A stretch of DNA of 64,000 bases, from the NCBI GenBank assembly GCA_032718475.1, contig JAUCBJ010007275.1, positions 1-64,000 of the forward strand. The letters run 5' to 3'. The stretch is from Nemertoderma westbladi. Taxonomy: Eukaryota; Animalia; Xenacoelomorpha. Below, one piece after another: positions 59,101-64,000 of the stretch. Each line of letters starts with the position of its first letter. Positions within the stretch are counted from its first letter, which is position 1. The notes below the pieces were generated by a model, which saw nothing but the letters and a program-made list of their open reading frames with translations, did not search any database and was not told the origin of the DNA. Both the position numbers and the translations under genes were made by a program.

Positions 59101-60834
59101 GATGCTTCGGATCCACAATCCCTCGCCACAAATAAGTCTGTTGTGGAAATTAGAGATAGAGATTGGAAATCTGGAATACCAGACGTCTCGCAAGGAATCT
59201 CACCCCTGCTGCAGAGAGCAATGTATCACTACAGTTCCTGGAATCGGCTCTGTAAAGCCGTCACATATTTAAGGAGATGTTTTCATCATCACTACTCCAG
59301 GACGAAGACCATTAATGATACCGCTCCATTGACATCTGCGCAAGTTCATGTTATTAAAAATTTACCCAAATATAAGACATCCGACCGGTTTCTAAAGGAG
59401 AAAATCAGTTACCAGGAGCATGAAGAAACCAATAAGCAGATACTGAGACTCCTGCAATGCTATGAGGATTCCGATAAGTATTTCCTGTTGTTGAGAAATC
59501 CGCAGATGCGCTTAAGGGATCGCTTCTCTAGCACAATGATAGATGGGTTAATACGTGGTGGAGGAAGACTCACCAATGCGCCATTATCCTTTGACACTAA
59601 ATTCCCCATATTCATTAGAAATCTTGAAGTACAAATCAAGATGATTGTAGATGTTCACAGTAAACTTTATCATGCTCGTAGAGAACGAGTTCTTAGCGAA
59701 ATCCGAACTCGCTATTATTTTTATAAACCCCGTAGAGCTCTGAACCAAGTTCTTAGGAACTGCATACCCTGTAGGAAAGCATTCAGTAGGCCTTTAACAC
59801 AGCGAGAGGCAGAATTACCTAGGGAACAAGTAAGCTTCTATGAACCACCTTTTACTAATACTGGTGTAGATTTATTTGGCCCTATTGAAGTATATCGTGC
59901 TAGGACTATAGTCAAGAGATGGTGTGTCATCTTCGTATGCATGACTTGTAGAGCCATCCATCTCGATATGGTGAACGATCTATCTACCAACAGCTTCGTC
60001 TTAAGTTTACGCCGACAGATCGCTCGCTTCGGGACTAGTAATACCATGAGATCGGATAAGGGAACGAACTTCATTGGTGCCAACAACGAAATCCAGGCTT
60101 ACGTGAAGGACTGGAACCAAAGACAGGTGGACGATCAGCTAAGGATAACAGCGTCTAGCTGGACCTTCAAAGCCGCCGACGCCCCTTGGTGGGGAGGAAG
60201 TTGGGAGAGATTAATTAGAAGTGTCAAGACCGCATTTCACTTTATAGTGCCATGCCGCGCGTATCTCACCGACGAACTTTTGCGGACGTTAATGGAGGAA
60301 ATAGCTGCCTATCTCAACGAGAGACCGCTTATGCCAGTCTCATCGAGTCCCGATTCCCTGGAAGCGCTAACACCCGCGCACTTTCTACTGAAGAAACCTG
60401 TAGCCATGCTCCCACGATCGGAGATTGCCGACGGAGACGAATACTGCCGTCGAACTTGGCAACTTACGCAGTTGCTATCCCGTCGTTTCGCTGACCATTT
60501 CGAGAAACATTATCTGCCCACGCTACAACTTCGAACTAAGTGGTTTGCGCAGCAAGAAAACGTCAGCGCCGGAGATATGGTGCTTATTGTAGATTCAGAC
60601 CTTCCACGTAAACGGTGGCAGACAGGTCGTATCATCGAGACTCACATCTCGGATGATGGTTTAGTGCGCTCGGTAGAACTCGTCGTCATGCGGCGTAACT
60701 TCAAGAAGCCAGGCATAATCTTTGAGACGCAACAGCTCAACCGCCCAGTTGGTCGTTTATGTTTATGGAAAGAGACCGAGAACTCTCCGGAAACTATGGA
60801 AGGCAAGACACTCTTCCCACGACCACCTCCCTAA
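56098..60834 (+). CDS. pol: BEL pol: protease, RT, RNase H, integrase, DUF5641-like C-terminus
   Basis: LLDSGS (56497), YMDD (57982), FGDAS, NPADIASRG, HHCC zinc finger, VDLFGP / SDKGTNF / WERLIRSVK, and W..GRI...DGLVRSV. The frame begins with the rest of the gag knuckles (GETC..CAKCGAKHHILLH). Confidence 0.95.
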   Translation, partial: GETCYSDVKCAKCGAKHHILLHSEFERNNPSQVSEPEQHVQFSDVNDTDQESEMEGFYTYEFSDANESCYLINTAVYRALTYEKDTDNEFPPTTFDRQPSWKDPTSNVGIREFPVVQVRVHGPNKSYIVNALLDSGSTGTFIDQELAEDIFAGQPKFQTKLNMSGIMQVWKSTLTADYYVGALSTPQDKLGAQSIRSVKMVAIKNFATTQVEPYNWDEDESIQQLKIPRFQTDYPGVQILIGQNAHEALETLEKRPAQPQPLQTYAVRTRVGWYFTGPSRRTLKERLPQERIYQVSDWEVESSEVDELTKGIPYSSDNDDIYQLFDEENTIDLLTENKTWKNQVNLCQLIRPSGPIDYNDELNDEIERYNARTRDELAVRFFTQELVEPNSYDKALSIEEERAKQIQETTTRFLKDQGRYEIGLPFRKREPRFINNRPLAEKRITQLHRRLTANPSAKEMYQTQLKKFITKGYAERVPEGTPVTERTYYLTHHYVPKPGKPHEVRVVFDGSALYMGQSLNSELLPGPNLLQSLLGILLRLRQYSIAFASDIEGMFLQVKALERDRDSLRFLWWPEGDLNQKPVEYWMTIQAFGIISSPSNACSVVRTTANDNRDAFSKEVIDNIKRDIYMDDNLKSLPSVEEAIDVAKGTVECLKRGGFRLTKITSNSREFLEAIPVEDRGTKDLDLIKDDLPETKTLGLKWDTERDILFFQLKQQDNPVRTKRICLSILSTYFDPLGFISPVILIARSLVQQMWLENHSWDDPLKGELLTRWMKWEDSLPAIESFVISRAYFGHVLPTYSYQLHVFGDASDMGIGIVAYLRVETPDGIKVALVTSKALINNKLKVPRAELKAALYATAIGRNVTEQIDYPLEKTVYWTDALLVLEYITNEVCQFSVFVTNRVAIILSRTKIDQWRHCPGTINPADIASRGATPQELIDTPDWLGGPDFLSKEEDEWPPHLTTAEIRQAKGAEKVKPKTRASKSKLFKPTIDLSVLHTSGNDASDPQSLATNKSVVEIRDRDWKSGIPDVSQGISPLLQRAMYHYSSWNRLCKAVTYLRRCFHHHYSRTKTINDTAPLTSAQVHVIKNLPKYKTSDRFLKEKISYQEHEETNKQILRLLQCYEDSDKYFLLLRNPQMRLRDRFSSTMIDGLIRGGGRLTNAPLSFDTKFPIFIRNLEVQIKMIVDVHSKLYHARRERVLSEIRTRYYFYKPRRALNQVLRNCIPCRKAFSRPLTQREAELPREQVSFYEPPFTNTGVDLFGPIEVYRARTIVKRWCVIFVCMTCRAIHLDMVNDLSTNSFVLSLRRQIARFGTSNTMRSDKGTNFIGANNEIQAYVKDWNQRQVDDQLRITASSWTFKAADAPWWGGSWERLIRSVKTAFHFIVPCRAYLTDELLRTLMEEIAAYLNERPLMPVSSSPDSLEALTPAHFLLKKPVAMLPRSEIADGDEYCRRTWQLTQLLSRRFADHFEKHYLPTLQLRTKWFAQQENVSAGDMVLIVDSDLPRKRWQTGRIIETHISDDGLVRSVELVVMRRNFKKPGIIFETQQLNRPVGRLCLWKETENSPETMEGKTLFPRPPP

Positions 60835-61389
60835 TTCCTCAAACATCTAGGGACTCCCCAACGTGATACGTCTGGAGTGGGTGCATGACTATATTATTCT
60901 ATCTATTTTTATTATATTTTATATGCGAACGTTATTACAGTATGTACATTATTATAATCGTTTTATTTAATTTTATTTAGTAGAATGTTATTTTAGATTA
61001 TTTAGTAGGTTAGTGCAATATATTAGTGTTTATTACGTAATTACATATAATATATATTTAATATGACGGCGAGAAATAATTCTTTCTTTTTCCTTACTGT
61101 CCGTATTATATTATAAATACGAGACTACAGTAAGATGACATGTCAGTACTTATTAAAGTACAATAAAGCTCCTACTATATTTAAGTATTATTGGTAGGCA
61201 GAGTATTAGGAATGCAAAGTTCAGATCCTCGTGTCTCGGCTAAACCAAGCTTTGGGTAGACCTTGGAAACGACTTGCCTCTTCACACTGACATTGCTTCG
61301 TGCGATATTGCTCTTCTACTTTATATTAAATAATACATATAGTAGCGTGATGTCCCTATAACAGTAGCGTAAAACGCAAATAAATCTGT

Positions 61390-61685
61390 TAAACCTTTTG
61401 ACCATCTGTAATTTTAGTCGATTAAGATATCGCGGCACCCACCGATATACTTGAAAGACAAATTCTAGAATCAGTGGTTAACGTCCCCAGACAAGTTCTG
61501 GAATAAATCGGTGCCCATCTTAAATATTAATTTAATATTTATTAAAATCTGTAAAATTCAGATCCTTTAAAATTTCTAGTCAATTAAGATATCGCAGCGC
61601 TTACCGATACTCTTAAAAGACAATTTTATAGAATTAAGGATCCTAGGTCCCCAGACATGCTCTGGAATAAAATTGTGTCAATTTT
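61390..61685 (+). repeat. ~160-bp imperfect tandem duplication downstream of pol
   Basis: TAGTC(G/A)ATTAAGATATCGC...ACCGATA...AAAGACAA...GTCCCCAGACA...CTGGAATAAA occurs twice (about 61415 and 61577). Confidence 0.75.
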
Positions 61686-62490
61686 ACCATCAAATAATAA
61701 AATTCACGGGAATAAATTTAAATTCATATCTTAAATGAATTTCATAAATTGTCATTTCGTGCAATTTATAACATTCCCAAAATTCCAGTAATTAATAGAT
61801 CATGGGAGCGGAGATTCATCCTATTGAGCGTATTAGAGTGCGAGAATCTCCAACATATAGTCAATAGCCGATAAAATTAATAATATCATGCATAAAGAGG
61901 ATATTGACAATTAAAGAATTACTATTAAATAGCATTCCAGATCTGTATGCATGAGAATTACCCTAATTCTACCGCTAGCTTTCCATAATGTCACCATAGC
62001 AACACCCACGCTAGAATTAGAAGCAAGTTAAAAGAACAATAGAAAGCTTGTCCCATTGCATAGCATAGAGAATACATAGCACATGGTTAGTATCCAAGGA
62101 TACACAGTAATAACGTGACATTCTGGAAGGCACTGACTAACGGACAAATGGCCTGTATGTGTACAATTGGAGACAGTTTTGTGGAATTTGTGCGTTTATA
62201 GGTGAATGTTACTGCTAAAGTGTGTTTACAGTAGCTAGTCGCAATTGTGAAAGTAACCCTAACTCTAATATAGAAAGAACCTAAAGTGGATTCAAGCCTT
62301 TGGGACAGACAGTGGAGTGACTTGTGCCGGTTATCGTTGTCGTGCTGTTGCTACATGTTGGCGTAAACACCGCGACAACGGTACATCGGCGCTGAGAATC
62401 CCACTGTCCGGGGGCAAAGAAAGGTAGGCAGCGACGCTCGCTTGCCTAAACATAAACTCATTATAATATTAATAAACCCAAATAGCAGAT

Positions 62491-63270
62491 ATGACGGAGT
62501 TGATAGAAGATGATCTTGGTATCAGGGAGCGATATACTCTACCTTTACAAGCATTTGTGGATAGCTTGATACGCGGTGAATCCGATCCAACCATTACGGA
62601 GGACGATGGTCGTTATATCGAACCGCCGATGTCCCAAGAGCAACTTACGCGTGAATTGGACTATCGAAAATTCACCGCTCGCTATACGCATCGTAATGGT
62701 ATGTATATGGACTTCTTAACTACCGGCCATCTTATCGATTTACATGATACGGACGATGTAGACACCGAAAGGGAAATGGTTCTATTTAAATATCATACCC
62801 AGCGGAGTCGTAACGATAAACCGAGAATAGTACACGAAAATTCTATTCGTAACAGACTGGAAAGAGAAAACGTTCAAGAACCGGATAAACGCATCGACTT
62901 CAGTGACTACCTGGAATTTTTGAGAGAAACCTATCTCAACATCGCCAGTCAGCAGAACCTAGAGACTCGATATCCTCAAGGTATACATCATGACCCTATG
63001 GTAGAACTCAAACGGCTCTATTTCACTATGATGTATCTTACCGCCGATCGTCCACTACCTGTTATCCCGGATAGTTTTGAACAAATGGAAGAATATTGCA
63101 AAACTGGAGAACGATCACCCGCGTTTCCTCTACAGGACGTACGTCTTTGGTATTATTGTGACGAATGCCCTAGACCCAACCAACAAACTGAAAGACACAA
63201 ACGTCCGCTGTTCCTATTTCCACGAACAACCGGCGATGGAAATTTATTGCGCATATTGCAGACTCCATAA
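62491..63270 (+). CDS. Accessory ORF of unknown function, part 1
   Basis: 259-aa ATG ORF preceded by acceptor-like TAGCAG; ends after CDEC...H where the frame shifts +1. Confidence 0.65.
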   Translation: MTELIEDDLGIRERYTLPLQAFVDSLIRGESDPTITEDDGRYIEPPMSQEQLTRELDYRKFTARYTHRNGMYMDFLTTGHLIDLHDTDDVDTEREMVLFKYHTQRSRNDKPRIVHENSIRNRLERENVQEPDKRIDFSDYLEFLRETYLNIASQQNLETRYPQGIHHDPMVELKRLYFTMMYLTADRPLPVIPDSFEQMEEYCKTGERSPAFPLQDVRLWYYCDECPRPNQQTERHKRPLFLFPRTTGDGNLLRILQTP

Positions 63271-64000
63271 CTTGCATATTTTTGCGGTTTGCCCTCAATT
63301 TATGACTCAATGTCACCATTGTCAACTAAAGGGACACGCCAGTTTCGATTGCCCTTTTAATCACGATTTGGAAAGCGTAGATGAAATGATCACACTACGT
63401 TACATCAGAGCTTGGGAAGCGAACGCTGATTTACATTGTGATTTGCGCCATCGCTATTATCCTGGACGCGCTTACGAAGGAGTTTATGCGTTCCATCCTT
63501 ATCTATTCGCTTCTGTCGAACAGAAATCACGCATATCGAGTTACGAACTACTGAAGCGCGTCGGAGAATGTATTTCAACCAAATTTGTACGCAAATTTCT
63601 CAGGAGTGTTAATCCTAGCGACCTTCATTCCTATAACTTAATCAATTTTATCCGTCAGGATCCGGACTATGGAGACTTATTTGTTAACTCACACCCCGAG
63701 TTACAGGAAGTATATCGACGGCCTTACGAATACCGAGCCCGCGAACGCGAGTTGGAAAGAACCATTAAACCCAGGAAGTTTCTGACTGCCTATGGTCCAC
63801 CCACGGCTCTCGTTCAGACCACTCGTAAAGGACCCGTAAGAGCGGCCGTCCTAAAACGCGCTCTAAAGGCCGTTAGACCCCTCTCCCCCGACGTTGATGT
63901 CAACCAACCCGGCACTTCGACCGGCGGATACACCGACCATAATCCTACACCCTCTGATGCAATCATATTGCACCCTTCACCCAGAAGTTATAGCCCTCCT
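63200..64000 (+). CDS. Accessory ORF part 2 with two CCHC knuckles, open to the window end (not in the ORF track)
   Basis: Manual translation (ATG 63236): MEIYCAYCRLHNLHIFAVCPQFMTQCHHCQLKGHASFDCPF..., 255 codons with no stop up to 64000. Confidence 0.7.

Larger units (their letters stand above)
49433..64000 (+). mobile_element. BEL/Pao LTR retrotransposon (>14 kb, runs off the window); 5' boundary tentative
   Basis: gag-pol with BEL domain order PR-RT-RH-IN. Candidate 5' LTR TGTAG...CTACA at 49433-49867 cannot be verified because the 3' LTR is outside the window. Confidence 0.8.

Noticed and set aside
62491-64000. env gene
   Set aside because: No signal peptide or transmembrane helix in the visible part; it has zinc knuckles instead.

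Overview
This is eukaryotic genomic DNA, most likely from an invertebrate metazoan; it is AT-rich and dominated by transposons. It has three host genes with uninterrupted (intronless) CDSs: UNG (-), head-to-head with NCKIPSD/SPIN90 (+), and STK11IP (-). The rest is a 3.5-kb 22-bp E-box satellite, decayed LINEs (RTE, CR1/L2-type, and an APE-RT element), many nested non-autonomous DNA transposons (hAT, Harbinger, Tc1/mariner, EnSpm-like, Helentron-like), a Penelope-like palindrome with a hammerhead-like motif, and two BEL/Pao-type LTR elements. The most unusual item is a 7.8-kb pol-less BEL-derived LTR element (22985-30786) with apparently identical LTRs and a 5-bp TSD. It has no tRNA PBS but has a Tf1-like self-priming pairing geometry. 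In place of pol it carries arrays of short stem-loops in C-depleted linkers, plus an antisense CRE-type endonuclease fragment. The second BEL element (about 49433 to >64000) has gag-pol with two lesions and an extra downstream zinc-knuckle ORF in the env position. All calls come from reading the sequence by eye; no database searches were run.
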